Part shown: positions 46,058 through 56,937 of the stretch, piece by piece
Layout: every line of letters begins with the position of its first letter
Position numbering within the stretch: the first letter of the stretch is position 1
Source: a virus
Reading direction: 5' to 3' (one strand)
Virus record (IMG/VR): IMGVR_UViG_3300037520_001276
Coordinates: 1-64,000 of that record
DNA length: 64,000 nucleotides
Made by a program: the position numbers and the translations under genes
The notes under the pieces: model-generated
Told to the model about the DNA's origin: nothing
The model's database searches: none
The model's input: only the letters and a program-made list of their open reading frames with translations

Positions 46058-46293
46058 TACATTACAATTTTTGGTGGTCTTCCTAAATCATCATATCCAT
46101 CATCTTTGAATGGATTTGGTGGTATTGGTGCTGGTTCAAAAGTAGGTACATTAATTTTTGGATTTGAAAAAAACGGGTCAACGTCTTTAACTTCCAGCAT
46201 TTTATCAACAATTGGTAGAATATCTACATTTTCATCATTGAATTTACCGTGTAAATAACCTTCTAACCAAATATAAAATTCTTTATGTGTCAT
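46057..46293 (-). CDS. Hypothetical protein
   Basis: ORF track; EFYIWLEGY motif. Confidence 0.7.
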   Translation of the reverse strand: MTHKEFYIWLEGYLHGKFNDENVDILPIVDKMLEVKDVDPFFSNPKINVPTFEPAPIPPNPFKDDGYDDLGRPPKIVM

Positions 46294-46295
46294 AA

Positions 46296-46496
46296 TTAAT
46301 CCTCCTCAATACTAAAATCATATTCATCTTCGTCTTGGATTTTATCCCACTCCAATTCTTGATCTCCTCTGAAATCAACTTCTTCATAAAACTTCTCTTC
46401 ATCTTCTTCAAAAAGTTTTACTTCTTCATCCGTTAACTCGGCCGAATATTTACAAATTGTTGTGTAAGATTCAAACCATACTAATTTTTTTCCCAT
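46296..46496 (-). CDS. Small acidic protein
   Basis: ORF track. Confidence 0.7.
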   Translation of the reverse strand: MGKKLVWFESYTTICKYSAELTDEEVKLFEEDEEKFYEEVDFRGDQELEWDKIQDEDEYDFSIEED

Positions 46497-46500
46497 AATT

Positions 46501-46647
46501 TTATATTAATTCACGATTATAAAGATTTGCTAAAATAATTCTAGCAAACTTAAATTCTTTAGATCTGTTCAATTTTAATCCATAAGCAAGAGCAACACTT
46601 CTAAGGTGAGGATACGCTTCACTTATTGTCATTTTACCTATTTCCAT
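46501..46647 (-). CDS. 48-aa hypothetical protein MEIGKMTISEAYPHL...
   Basis: Translated by hand; TAATG coupling to the upstream ORF. Confidence 0.6.
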   Translation of the reverse strand: MEIGKMTISEAYPHLRSVALAYGLKLNRSKEFKFARIILANLYNRELI

Positions 46648-46862
46648 TACTTATCAAATAATTTAAAATCTTCATTTACATTTCCACAATCATTACACAT
46701 ATAAGTTGGGAACGGTACAATAGTGTCTTCAGGACTACCTGTTAATAGTTTAGGTACTTTTTTCAATATTGTAACTTCTTTAAAGTATGTTGATTTACAT
46801 TTTTCACAATCAATGGTTGGTTGATCTCTTAGATTGATTTTTGGTTTGATGATTTCTTCCAT
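46647..46862 (-). CDS. Small zinc-ribbon protein
   Basis: CEKC...CNDCG. Confidence 0.75.
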   Translation of the reverse strand: MEEIIKPKINLRDQPTIDCEKCKSTYFKEVTILKKVPKLLTGSPEDTIVPFPTYMCNDCGNVNEDFKLFDK

Positions 46863-46961
46863 TTTGTTTTATATTTTACTTTTATTTTTCCTACTTCTTT
46901 ATCCCAAGTGGTATTATACCACCACCTAATTGTTAATTCTGGTTTCATATTAAATTATAAT

Positions 46962-47828
46962 TTATTTTTTTAATGTTGTCAAACGTTCTTTAATATCCAT
47001 GTTTATTATCTCATCAATTACCTTTCTTTCTACCCTATATTCAGTAAAATCTTGTTCTTCTGTTAAGTGAACAATCACACAACCATAAAACCCAATACCC
47101 TCATATTTTGTTCCTTCCAACATTTTTAATAACACCTTTCCATATAGTGGTAATTGTGTGTTGTAGTGACCAAGAGCGGTATTTGGTAGGTATTTAAATG
47201 GTTCTTTCATCGGTTTTGTGTAGTCGTTAGATTCCATGTTTTTCTTTTTATTGGTTTTCCAATCGGTTATAACAATACCAAACCCGGTTTTTTGTTTATT
47301 AAACATTAACCAAACTTTATCAGGTTGGCCTGTGTATCCTAACTCAGGATGACCTAAAACTATCTCCGTGTCTAATAGAACCGCACCCCTTTCTTCCATG
47401 AGTTTCAAAAACTTATAGCCAGCTTTGATCATTCTATCACCTTTCATAATCATTTCCATATCACATTCATAGAGTGGTTGTCTAACCTCTTTTTTGATTC
47501 CATGTCTTTTGATTGTTTCAATCTCCAATTCATAATGGACTCTACTTCCCATATTGGTTGATATTCTACCAGCCTCTTCCCATTCTGCGAGCAGTGTTTG
47601 CATAACGTATGGGTCTCCTTTTGCCTTATTTCTTGCCGCTTCTTCAGTGGGAAAATCATCATAAAATAACTTCATTACTTTTGATACGGACGGAAAATCA
47701 TCTCTGATTGTTCCATCAATATCTTTCATGGTGTATCTATGTTTATCTTCTTCAAAAGTTAATTCTAACTCTTTTTGTCTTTCTGATAAGATATCTCGTA
47801 TTTCTTTTGCTATTTCTTTTAAATTCAT
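46962..47828 (-). CDS. PD-(D/E)xK exonuclease (RecB/Cas4-like family)
   Basis: GSRVH, TE, GQPD, DWKT, QLPLY. Confidence 0.85.
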   Translation of the reverse strand: MNLKEIAKEIRDILSERQKELELTFEEDKHRYTMKDIDGTIRDDFPSVSKVMKLFYDDFPTEEAARNKAKGDPYVMQTLLAEWEEAGRISTNMGSRVHYELEIETIKRHGIKKEVRQPLYECDMEMIMKGDRMIKAGYKFLKLMEERGAVLLDTEIVLGHPELGYTGQPDKVWLMFNKQKTGFGIVITDWKTNKKKNMESNDYTKPMKEPFKYLPNTALGHYNTQLPLYGKVLLKMLEGTKYEGIGFYGCVIVHLTEEQDFTEYRVERKVIDEIINMDIKERLTTLKK

Positions 47829-48745
47829 TCTTTTTCTTCTACTATATATTCGTTTATTTGACCTCTTAGGTCACAAACGTCTTTATCTTTTGGTAGTTTC
47901 ATCAACTTAACCCTACCATAAAGTTTTCCTCCGTTTAATTTGTCATAAATGTTTTTAGCATCTGTAAACGCATCTCCATCAAGACAAACAATAATGTCTT
48001 TTTTTGCCTTTTCGTAAAGTTTTTCCCATAAATTATCATTAACATATTTACCTAACAATGCAATTGAATTGTCTAAAAAGAAAGAATCAAACACACCCTC
48101 AACAAGGTATATATCTTTTTTCCAATCAATTAAACTTTCGTTAAATATAAGAAAGTCTTTTGCCGCTTCAGGGTTTTTGTATTTTAACTTTGATCTTGGG
48201 TTCCATGATCTTGATACAAAAAAGTTTAGATCTCCTTTTTTATTAAATGACGGAACAATAATACGACCAGCATACTCACCTTCAATACAAAGACCAATAT
48301 TATACTTATCTATTGTTTCTTGAGTTATACCTCTTTTTTTAAGGTAATTAAACGCCTCTTTTCTTGGTACGTGTAATGGGTGTATTTCCTCAAACTTTTT
48401 ATATTCTTTTGGTAATTCTAACTCTTTATATACTTTTTGTTTTTTTTCTACCTTATCCGGTCTGATGAGGTTATAGGTTTTTTTGTCTTTTTTTGAACCA
48501 AATTGTTCAATTAGTCTACCTAAATGTCCATGTGTGTCGTGTGTTTCAGAGCACGCCCAACATTTATAAACATGGTTAATATAATTTATTTCTAAATTTC
48601 CCTTACCATCGGTTTTTGATAAACCTTTTATCTCATAGGAACAAACGGGACAGTCAACAGATATTTGACCACTATATTCATTTACGTTTTTCGGTTCACC
48701 AAAAATATTCTCGATAAGGTCAACTAATAGTGACTCTTCTTTCAT
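47825..48745 (-). CDS. DnaG-type DNA primase
   Basis: Zinc-binding CPVC..CWAC, RIIVP, KYKN, TOPRIM VEGVFD and LDGDA. Confidence 0.92.
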   Translation of the reverse strand: MKEESLLVDLIENIFGEPKNVNEYSGQISVDCPVCSYEIKGLSKTDGKGNLEINYINHVYKCWACSETHDTHGHLGRLIEQFGSKKDKKTYNLIRPDKVEKKQKVYKELELPKEYKKFEEIHPLHVPRKEAFNYLKKRGITQETIDKYNIGLCIEGEYAGRIIVPSFNKKGDLNFFVSRSWNPRSKLKYKNPEAAKDFLIFNESLIDWKKDIYLVEGVFDSFFLDNSIALLGKYVNDNLWEKLYEKAKKDIIVCLDGDAFTDAKNIYDKLNGGKLYGRVKLMKLPKDKDVCDLRGQINEYIVEEKE

Positions 48746-48789
48746 ACATAAAAGATAAGAAATAAGGGTGAATAGTCAAACAGAATATA

Positions 48790-49392
48790 TTACCAAATGT
48801 TTTCTTGTTTCATATATCCAAGAACACAAGTATAAGAATCGGCCATATCATAACATTCTTTTTTAAGTGTGTTGTTTCTTGTATAATGCCAAGTAATTTG
48901 TGGTTCCTTATCTGAAACTCTTTTCCAAATAAGTTCTTTTTTGTCAACATCTTTAGGTAATCCACCAAACAAGACGTGTTTACCCTTATCGTTTTGTTGT
49001 ACTAAATCAGGCCATGCAAATTTTCTTGAGTTGTATGTAGAAATATATGATGGAACAATTCCTAAGATATCATAAATTGATTTTGTAATCATAGAATTAT
49101 ATCTAAGTAAAGTACCTACAGTCCAAACATTGTTTGAGTTAAGTAACGGCTCTTCAATTACGACACTTGTAATACCTAACTTTGTATAGTTTTGTAGTTT
49201 TTCTTCAAATGCGGTTACTTTCATCAAAAGTTCTTGAATTTTATCATCAACTTTTGGTTTTATTACAGGTGAGAAATGTGTTAATTCTAATAATTCTTGT
49301 GATTTAATATCAAATAAACTCCATCCTATTGTTTTTGTTGATATATCAAGACCCAACACCTTTGGTGAGTTCTTTAAATCTGTTTTTGCCAT
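48790..49392 (-). CDS. RuvC-like Holliday junction resolvase
   Basis: LGLDIST, VIEEP, DMADS. Confidence 0.8.
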   Translation of the reverse strand: MAKTDLKNSPKVLGLDISTKTIGWSLFDIKSQELLELTHFSPVIKPKVDDKIQELLMKVTAFEEKLQNYTKLGITSVVIEEPLLNSNNVWTVGTLLRYNSMITKSIYDILGIVPSYISTYNSRKFAWPDLVQQNDKGKHVLFGGLPKDVDKKELIWKRVSDKEPQITWHYTRNNTLKKECYDMADSYTCVLGYMKQENIW

Positions 49393-49398
49393 AAAAAT

Positions 49399-51591
49399 TT
49401 AAAAATCTAATTTAATAGGATACTGTTGAATCCCTTGTCTTTTTTCAGGTGATTGTATCTTAGAAATAACCATAAGTTCTTTCTCAGAGTTGTAAAGAGC
49501 AAGTTCGGTTACGTGTGGTGTCTTAGTTTTATCCCAAGTAGGGTTTGATGAATCAAAAAATTGTGTCTGACCTAAGTTACATAGATAGTTCATAACATAA
49601 ATTGTTGCCTGAATATCTGTCTGAATTGTACCATAAAAATAAAACTCACCACCAAAATTAAAAGTAGTCCCCGTTTGATTTAAAGATGGAAGGTCAATAT
49701 AATTATCTAATCTATATGTTGGTGCAGAATTATACAAAGTTTCAGTTATTTGTAATGTAGTTCCTGTCAATCCTGTCACTGTTAAATAACCACCTACGGT
49801 TGTTGCCGATAACTGTGAACTCATATCAATTTCTCTCCACTGTGTTGGGTCGGGTCTTGTCGTTCCATATGTTACTTTTTGTGCCAATATTTTTAAACTA
49901 TTCGCAGTAAAACCGCTTGGTGTTGTTCCAATTTGTGAAACTAAAAATGGAAACTCGTTTCCAAATCTGAATAAAACGTCTGTTGATCCTGGTATTGTTG
50001 TTTGGTCATAGCCCGATACTTTTGAGTAATAATTACAATGTAATGAGTTGGTAAATGCTGTATTGTTAAATCTATATGTTACAAATAAACTTTCCGCACT
50101 TCCTGATAATAATCCTGTAGTACTACCATCAGTACCACATAATGTATTTGGAATAATTAGTCCTAATTGTGGTGCCGGTAATGTCCAAGATCTGTTTGAT
50201 TTGTTATTTAATGTTGCAACAATTTCTTCATCATCAAATATGACCATTTTGTAGTCAGGATAAACTTTACCTACCCTATTTGGTATTCCGTTTGTATTTG
50301 GATGTGTGTCCCATAAATGATAGTACCTTAAACCAGGTGCATTAAAATTTAAGTCTCTTGTTGATTCCATATAATATTCTTGAAATAAATTAAGAGATGT
50401 AAAACCTGATGGGTCAACATAAAAATCTTCACCTACAGTTCCATTACTATTTTTGTGCCACATTAACCAAGGTAAAGACAATTTAAAGTTCCTTGCTTGT
50501 CCTGTATTACCTGGATTTGTTGGGTCATATTCTTGAAATGCGAATTTTTCACCATAAAAATTATCTATAGCTTGATTTGTATAATGTAAAATAGCAACCG
50601 ATTTTTGATCTTTCGGTTCTACTGTAATTTTTTCAGACAATGAATTATAGTAATATACCGAATCGGTATCTGTCTGTCCCTCAGATTTATTGTAACCGAA
50701 ATATTCTTTTGATCCTGTATATCCTGTAGATTCGTAAAAATTATAATTTTGGTTTAAATTATTAAATACCCCTGCTGGTGATTCAGTCCAAGGCGAATTC
50801 ATGTTCCAAATAACCACATTTCTTTGTGAAACATCACAATTTGTTTCAAAATTAAACACATCAGTAGCCCAATATGGTTGTGGTGTGAAAGTATCATATA
50901 GATCGGTCATTTGTTCGGGGTAAAATAAACAAGAACTATTTCCCGTTATACCCATAGAACTAAAATCAGGAACTTGTCTATCTACTTGTATAGTGATGGT
51001 AGTTGCTGTTGACGTATTACCTGTTATTCCGACAACCTTATATGTAAACATAGGTCCATTATTAGATACTGGAGATAATAACCCATTTGTAAATATTGTA
51101 ATAAAATCACCTTCACTAACAGTACCAGAAACACTAACATTTACGCTACTATACGTTAATGTTATTGTATTTCCTGATGATAAAGTCGTGTTATCAATTA
51201 CAAAATTTGGATTTAATGTATACGCCGAAGTTGTAAATCCCGTACTACCAGTAAAAAATCCTCTTGGTGCTGCACTATTAAAAACATCATCAATGTATGA
51301 GTCGTCAAATGGAATACCGAATGTACTTCCTGAAGTAGAATCAACAAATAAAGGATATTTAATGTTCATTCTATTTCTATCGGGTATTGGTGCCATGTTT
51401 TGAGCATTATATTGTGGCATCAAAACATTTGACTCAACTAAATTCATTCCATTTACACAATTGTAACAAACTTCGCTATCACCTACTTGAAAATAAGCAA
51501 TATCAAATTTTCCTTGTGAAAGTTTTTTTCTCGCAGCGTCTGTAAGTTGCGTATTAATTAATGCTGATGTGTTTTTAATTATGTATGACAT
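49399..51591 (-). CDS. Putative virion structural (baseplate/tail) protein
   Basis: T/S/G/N-rich; LTDAARKKLSQGKFDI N-terminus and VTELALYN...LMVISK C-terminus; context. Confidence 0.6.
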   Translation of the reverse strand: MSYIIKNTSALINTQLTDAARKKLSQGKFDIAYFQVGDSEVCYNCVNGMNLVESNVLMPQYNAQNMAPIPDRNRMNIKYPLFVDSTSGSTFGIPFDDSYIDDVFNSAAPRGFFTGSTGFTTSAYTLNPNFVIDNTTLSSGNTITLTYSSVNVSVSGTVSEGDFITIFTNGLLSPVSNNGPMFTYKVVGITGNTSTATTITIQVDRQVPDFSSMGITGNSSCLFYPEQMTDLYDTFTPQPYWATDVFNFETNCDVSQRNVVIWNMNSPWTESPAGVFNNLNQNYNFYESTGYTGSKEYFGYNKSEGQTDTDSVYYYNSLSEKITVEPKDQKSVAILHYTNQAIDNFYGEKFAFQEYDPTNPGNTGQARNFKLSLPWLMWHKNSNGTVGEDFYVDPSGFTSLNLFQEYYMESTRDLNFNAPGLRYYHLWDTHPNTNGIPNRVGKVYPDYKMVIFDDEEIVATLNNKSNRSWTLPAPQLGLIIPNTLCGTDGSTTGLLSGSAESLFVTYRFNNTAFTNSLHCNYYSKVSGYDQTTIPGSTDVLFRFGNEFPFLVSQIGTTPSGFTANSLKILAQKVTYGTTRPDPTQWREIDMSSQLSATTVGGYLTVTGLTGTTLQITETLYNSAPTYRLDNYIDLPSLNQTGTTFNFGGEFYFYGTIQTDIQATIYVMNYLCNLGQTQFFDSSNPTWDKTKTPHVTELALYNSEKELMVISKIQSPEKRQGIQQYPIKLDF

Positions 51592-51610
51592 ATTTCATAA
51601 ATACTTTGTT

Positions 51611-53539
51611 TTATAAAACCGTAGGACATGTTGGTCCTGTTTTTTGTGCTAAAGTAGATCTTGTTATTATTGTTGAATCTATTCCTTGGCAATTTAATGG
51701 TGTGATCGATATGTTTCTTACTTGTAAAGTTATTAACGAATTCGCCCTCAAAGTACATGAATTAGTACTGGCACATGTTTCATAAATATACTGACTAATA
51801 GTACCTCCAATCGTTGCAGTGTTATTAGTTATTAAACATGCTGAGTATGTGGTTTGGAATCCGCTAACAATAACTTGTCCTCCCGCACAATTATTGTTAA
51901 TTGTTGTACTTGAAGTCGGTGTTGTTGAAGTTGGTAAGTTTAGGGTTGTACCTGTCGATCCTGTAACAACGATGGTGTTATTTATTATTGGTTGATCAGT
52001 TGCGTTTGTTGTGCCTGTTGTTGAGATATCAAAAACTAAATCAAACTGTACGGTACTTGGTTGATTGAACGGTTGTGTTGGTGTTAAACTAATTGTAAAT
52101 GTAGTATTTTTTGTAAGTGTTGCAAAACTAGCAGCTTGAGTAGTTGTGTTAGATAATGGTGATGGTTCAACAAAATTAACATTAATTAAATAATTTACAA
52201 AGTTTTGTACAGGAACAATACTAAAAGTTTGATTACCTGAATTTTGTATTGGTGACGAGTCTTTAACATAAACAGTGTATGGTCCACCCGCTAAATTTGT
52301 TAAAAAGTTATTTGATGTAAAATTAATATTATCTAAAGAATATGTGTATGGTGCAGTGCCTCCAATAACATTAACGGTCGCAGAACCATAACTTGTTGAA
52401 CATGCCGGGTTTTGTGTTTGAACGCTAATTTGAAGTGGCGAAGTTGTACAAACACCTGTAGTTACATTAATGTTAGATATAAACGCACCTGGCGTTGTCC
52501 AAGTACCAACAGGTGGTGTGTTTGGGCTTTGTAGGTAAGGAACATTACTACTTGACCATCCACTTATTGTCCATCTCGTTGTTCCGCTATTATAATATAT
52601 AGTTTGTGTGCCGGCAGTCCAAGATGGGTAATTATTTATTGTGTTACCGCTGTAGTATGTTGTTTGATTTAGCGTTGCAGGATGAATTAATCTTGTAAAA
52701 CAAAGTGGTCCTCTATATATTTGCGGAGTAATTAGTATATTAATACCGCTATTACATATTAAACAAGAATTATATGGGCCAGCAGATTTAACGGCTACTT
52801 GATTTATAAATGTTTGTCCGCTATTTAATTCTGATCCTAAACTTTTCCAACACCCCATTTGTGATGTTAGTTTATAAATTTTATTAAGGGTAAATAAAGA
52901 TGGTTGACTTCTTAAATAATAAACCACTTCTCCGCATTGTGGTGTTGATGTAAACATTTCGATTGTACCTAACCAGTCATCTATTGTTCCGGAAGGACAA
53001 TCAGTATCATCGTTTAACCAATTTAATGTAGTTAAAGTAAGGAAAGACGCCAATTCCCATCTTTCAAGTGTTGGGTTCCAACCTAATACAAAATTTTCAT
53101 CTCCTGATCCTATATCTGCCATCCAAGTAAAAAGGTTTCTACCGTATTGAGTTCCTGTTGGTGTAAGATTAAATGTCTGAGCTTGTAATGTTGATGGGTT
53201 AGTCCATGTCAATGTTAAACCGCAATCACAAACTGAAGAACATTTTTGAAACTTTTCTAAAAAAAATGATTCGTATCCAACGGTACAGGTTGTCGATGCG
53301 CTAAAATCACCATAGTAATCGGTTACATTTACAGTATAGTCTCCCGGTATTAAATTTGTTATATATGTACCTTGAGCACCATTACTCCATGAAACCGTAT
53401 ATGGTGGTGTTCCTCCTGTGATTAGTACCGCCATATAACCGTTAGATGACGCTGGTGTTGACGCATTTATAGTGTCACAATCAATACCCAAAGGTAAAAG
53501 AGTTACGATATTACAACTATTTCCACTTAAATCTGCCAT
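51611..53539 (-). CDS. SprB-like repeat structural protein
   Basis: ITGGTPPYTVSWSNG...GDYTVNVTD; GGTAPYTYSLD...GPYTVYVKD. Confidence 0.7.
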   Translation of the reverse strand: MADLSGNSCNIVTLLPLGIDCDTINASTPASSNGYMAVLITGGTPPYTVSWSNGAQGTYITNLIPGDYTVNVTDYYGDFSASTTCTVGYESFFLEKFQKCSSVCDCGLTLTWTNPSTLQAQTFNLTPTGTQYGRNLFTWMADIGSGDENFVLGWNPTLERWELASFLTLTTLNWLNDDTDCPSGTIDDWLGTIEMFTSTPQCGEVVYYLRSQPSLFTLNKIYKLTSQMGCWKSLGSELNSGQTFINQVAVKSAGPYNSCLICNSGINILITPQIYRGPLCFTRLIHPATLNQTTYYSGNTINNYPSWTAGTQTIYYNSGTTRWTISGWSSSNVPYLQSPNTPPVGTWTTPGAFISNINVTTGVCTTSPLQISVQTQNPACSTSYGSATVNVIGGTAPYTYSLDNINFTSNNFLTNLAGGPYTVYVKDSSPIQNSGNQTFSIVPVQNFVNYLINVNFVEPSPLSNTTTQAASFATLTKNTTFTISLTPTQPFNQPSTVQFDLVFDISTTGTTNATDQPIINNTIVVTGSTGTTLNLPTSTTPTSSTTINNNCAGGQVIVSGFQTTYSACLITNNTATIGGTISQYIYETCASTNSCTLRANSLITLQVRNISITPLNCQGIDSTIITRSTLAQKTGPTCPTVL

Positions 53540-53540
53540 A

Positions 53541-53699
53541 TTATCTTGGTGTGTAACCTGGTCTTATATAACCATCATAAAATTCAATAGTTTCAATTTC
53601 ATCTCTTCTATTGTAGTATGCTATTTTTTGTTTTGTAAGTGTACCGGCGGTTGGGTGATCTACGGTATATGTTTCTATTTGATAAGTTCCTAAGTCCAT
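53541..53699 (-). CDS. 52-aa hypothetical protein (possible fibre chaperone)
   Basis: Translated by hand: MDLGTYQIETYTVDHPTAG...; fills the gap exactly. Confidence 0.6.
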   Translation of the reverse strand: MDLGTYQIETYTVDHPTAGTLTKQKIAYYNRRDEIETIEFYDGYIRPGYTPR

Positions 53700-53701
53700 A
53701 A

Positions 53702-55000
53702 TTAATATTCTAAATAAACGTTCATTTGTTGTCTAACACTTGTTGGGTTTGTTGCCCATGTTGGTGTTGTCCATCTTATTTCTATTTTATCTCCTTCTGT
53801 AACTGCTAAGGGTGATGATAATACATAACTTATATTTGCACTTGAAGAGTCGTAAGTATATGTTGTTGTTATCGTACTTTGTGTTGATTGTGTAAAATTA
53901 TTTATTGTAAACGTACTAGTTTCACTAGTACCTAAAGCACCACCAACTGTTTGACAAATACCTACTCTTACAATATTTCCTGTTTTAGGTACAATAACTC
54001 TTCTTCCATCGGATCCCGAAATAGGTGCTGTAAGATTGATTGAGTTACCTATATAATATGTCTGTGTATCACCAGGATTTAATGAATCATGTCCAAAAAA
54101 TAAAGCGATTAATTGTTTAGGGTTCACTGTTATTCCACTTACTGTTAAAGTATTAGCAGAAACAGTATTTGCAGTAATTGATTGTGATGATATAGTTCCG
54201 TTTGATGTTAAACCCGAAACGTCATCAAACAAAACTGAAATAGAACCTCCAGTACTATTTGTGTAGGTAAAGTTATTATTAGAATACGTTGCTCCTGTTA
54301 TAAAAACATCAGTCGCACCTGTATAAAACCCAGTCACATTAAAAGTACCTCCTGTATTATTTGTAAAAGTTGCAGTACCATTACTATATGTTCCTCCTGT
54401 AAGTCTAACATCTGTTGCACCTGTTAAAAAACCAGTTACATTAAAAGTGCCTCCGCTATTATTTGTAAAAGTTGCAGTTCCTGTTGAAGAATTATAAGTC
54501 CCTCCAGTTACTCTAAGATCAGAGGCTAATATTGACAAACTTGAAGTTAAAGTTACCCCATCATTTCTACTTAATGAAAGATTATAGTTGGAATTGTTAA
54601 ATGTCACTCCTGTTACAAATGTATCGGCAGATATTGAATTATTATTTATAGTTATTGTTGTTGCAGATATTCCTTGCGGGAATACTACCGGACTTAACAT
54701 GTTTATTGGTGAACATCCTGAAATACTACTAGTGTAAAGGGTCCCGTTTGACCCACACAAATCTATTGTTGTTGCACTAAATGTATTAGCCGAAAGTCCT
54801 CCGATGAAGTTTGTTTGTGAATTCACAGTTCCTCCTGTAAATGTACTTCCTGAAAATATAGAAGTTAGCTGTTGTAATTCAGCTTTATATGATGATCCAG
54901 CAGCGTTCTGCGATGGATCACCAGTATACACAATATGAATAAGTGTTGTTGGTGTAATAGCTGATGATTGTGCTAATGTTTTTTCTGTTAATCTTGCCAT
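53702..55000 (-). CDS. Putative tail fibre
   Basis: Repeats of VTGGTY..GTATFTNNxGGTFNVTGF; N-terminus shared with 60240..62249. Confidence 0.7.
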   Translation of the reverse strand: MARLTEKTLAQSSAITPTTLIHIVYTGDPSQNAAGSSYKAELQQLTSIFSGSTFTGGTVNSQTNFIGGLSANTFSATTIDLCGSNGTLYTSSISGCSPINMLSPVVFPQGISATTITINNNSISADTFVTGVTFNNSNYNLSLSRNDGVTLTSSLSILASDLRVTGGTYNSSTGTATFTNNSGGTFNVTGFLTGATDVRLTGGTYSNGTATFTNNTGGTFNVTGFYTGATDVFITGATYSNNNFTYTNSTGGSISVLFDDVSGLTSNGTISSQSITANTVSANTLTVSGITVNPKQLIALFFGHDSLNPGDTQTYYIGNSINLTAPISGSDGRRVIVPKTGNIVRVGICQTVGGALGTSETSTFTINNFTQSTQSTITTTYTYDSSSANISYVLSSPLAVTEGDKIEIRWTTPTWATNPTSVRQQMNVYLEY

Positions 55001-55010
55001 TTTAATTTAT

Positions 55011-55295
55011 TTATTGAAATTGATATTCGTCTCCATCTTGAAATTCAAAATAATCTCCGTCTTCAAATTGTTTATACGATGCCGATGATGTTTCACAATA
55101 AACACATCCCACATCATCAATAATTTTTATAACATAACTAGGGTATGTTTCATATACAGATGGTAATGTAAAACTATAAGGTGTTGTTGTTATTGTGTCA
55201 TGATACACACAAGTACCAAAACATGTGTCACATATCCATATATTATATGGCGATGTTCCACTTGTAATTGAATTAATTGTTACTTGATATGACAT
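55011..55295 (-). CDS. Small Cys-containing putative fibre adaptor (paralogue 1)
   Basis: GxxPY.I..CD...C.Y...I.DxxGC.Y pattern shared with 62271 and 62574. Confidence 0.7.
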   Translation of the reverse strand: MSYQVTINSITSGTSPYNIWICDTCFGTCVYHDTITTTPYSFTLPSVYETYPSYVIKIIDDVGCVYCETSSASYKQFEDGDYFEFQDGDEYQFQ

Positions 55296-55309
55296 TATCT
55301 ATAAATATT

Positions 55310-56920
55310 CTACCCTCTACTTTTACAGTTTCCATTTAATGTACAAAACTCAGTTAACAAACCTAAAGTTCCTACTTTATATATTTTAGTGCCGTATTGT
55401 ACATAATCAATAGTAACCGGTCTTGTTAAATTAATATCTCTATATATGTAAACACCTGTCTGTAAAACAGTGTCCGCTGAAGACGTGTAGAATGTTATTG
55501 CCGCCCCAAAATTTGTTAACTGACAAACAGGGCAAGATAATGAGTATTCTCCTTTAGCTTCCCAACTTTTATATGTGGTTCCTGTTATTACAGGTGTATT
55601 ACATTCTAAACAACTATCATAAACTGTTTGGGCGGAAGAAGTAAATATATTAGAGTTTGTAACAATAAATCCGCTTGGTGGTATATATCCAATAAAGTTT
55701 CCAATGTACTCATAACAAATCCCAGAATTTGTTTTTATAATATCATTTACAACCACATTTGATGGTGGGTATGATGTTTGAACTATCATACTATTATTAG
55801 TACAAGACGTAAACACAAATGAAGTCCCAATAGGATATGTCGGAGTAGGTGTTGGTGTTGGAGTAGGTGTTGGAGTAGGTGTTGGTGTTGGTGTAGGTGT
55901 TGGTAAATCACACTGTGAACAACCTGATATTAAAATTTCAATTATTTCTTTTACGGTCCTATTTGGTGACCCACTTACACTTCTTTCATAAGTAACACAC
56001 TGTATTTGGTCTGAATTAAAATCACTTAATGTCACAACAAACGTTGTCCCTGTTTGTATTTGAGTTCCGCTGTATATCAAACTATTGGTCACATAATAAA
56101 TGTCAGATGTTTGGCAGTCAACAAGTTTTTTAACTGTTGGACACACAAAAAACCCTTGATCTACCACAAAAGTAACACTTTCACCTGTAATTGGTATTAC
56201 CGGTGTAGGAGTTGGTGTAGGGGTTGGTGTAGGTGTTGGTGTAGGTGTTGGTGTTACTTCCTCAAAACTAATACTAGCAGTAAATACATTACAAGGGTCG
56301 GGTGTAGGGGTTGGTGTAGGGGTTGGTGTTGGTGTAGGTGTAGGGGTTGGTGTTGGGGTCGGTGTGGGTATTTCACACTCCAATAAAACATCAAAATCTA
56401 AAACCGAACACGGATCTGTTGGTGGTGGTGTTGGTGGTGGACAAACTCCGTTTGTTTGAATAGATGGTGCAAGATCAGGACAAAAACTTGTTGTTGGAAA
56501 AGACCCATAAAATAAACAAGTTCCACCAAGAGACGTACTTAAACACCATTTAGTATTGTCAAAATATAAAAAACCAGGGTCAGTTCCTCCTGTAAAATAT
56601 AAATAACCATTATAAGAACCATCAAGACTATATGTTCCTGTTATACCTGAATAGGTATCTCCAAGTAGTTCTAAACAAATAATATCATCACAACAAGACT
56701 CACAAGAAGGGTGAGTACACCCTGAAACAACAGTTGCGGTACCAACTAATGATGTAGTGATTACTGGTGTAATACCACTAGATACCGTATAGCACCCATC
56801 AACAATAACGGTATCTCCTGTTATGTTAAATACAGTACCAATGGCTGTTAAACCACCCCAACTTGTTGCACTATATGATATTTGATTGTAACAACAACTA
56901 CTTAATATTATGTCCGTCAT
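55310..56920 (-). CDS. Cys-rich structural protein with three Pro-Thr repeat linkers
   Basis: PTPTPT tracts near 55842-55883, 56201-56257 and 56299-56368. Confidence 0.8.
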   Translation of the reverse strand: MTDIILSSCCYNQISYSATSWGGLTAIGTVFNITGDTVIVDGCYTVSSGITPVITTSLVGTATVVSGCTHPSCESCCDDIICLELLGDTYSGITGTYSLDGSYNGYLYFTGGTDPGFLYFDNTKWCLSTSLGGTCLFYGSFPTTSFCPDLAPSIQTNGVCPPPTPPPTDPCSVLDFDVLLECEIPTPTPTPTPTPTPTPTPTPTPTPDPCNVFTASISFEEVTPTPTPTPTPTPTPTPTPVIPITGESVTFVVDQGFFVCPTVKKLVDCQTSDIYYVTNSLIYSGTQIQTGTTFVVTLSDFNSDQIQCVTYERSVSGSPNRTVKEIIEILISGCSQCDLPTPTPTPTPTPTPTPTPTPTPTYPIGTSFVFTSCTNNSMIVQTSYPPSNVVVNDIIKTNSGICYEYIGNFIGYIPPSGFIVTNSNIFTSSAQTVYDSCLECNTPVITGTTYKSWEAKGEYSLSCPVCQLTNFGAAITFYTSSADTVLQTGVYIYRDINLTRPVTIDYVQYGTKIYKVGTLGLLTEFCTLNGNCKSRG

Positions 56921-56937
56921 TTAATTAATTGGTTTTT

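Noticed and set aside
46829-46948. 39-aa ORF MKPELTIRWWYNTTWDKE...
   Set aside because: Possible but short, overlaps the next gene by 34 nt and has no recognisable motif
46962-47828. Cas4 of a CRISPR system
   Set aside because: Lacks the Fe-S cysteine set and lies in a replication block; ordinary phage exonuclease
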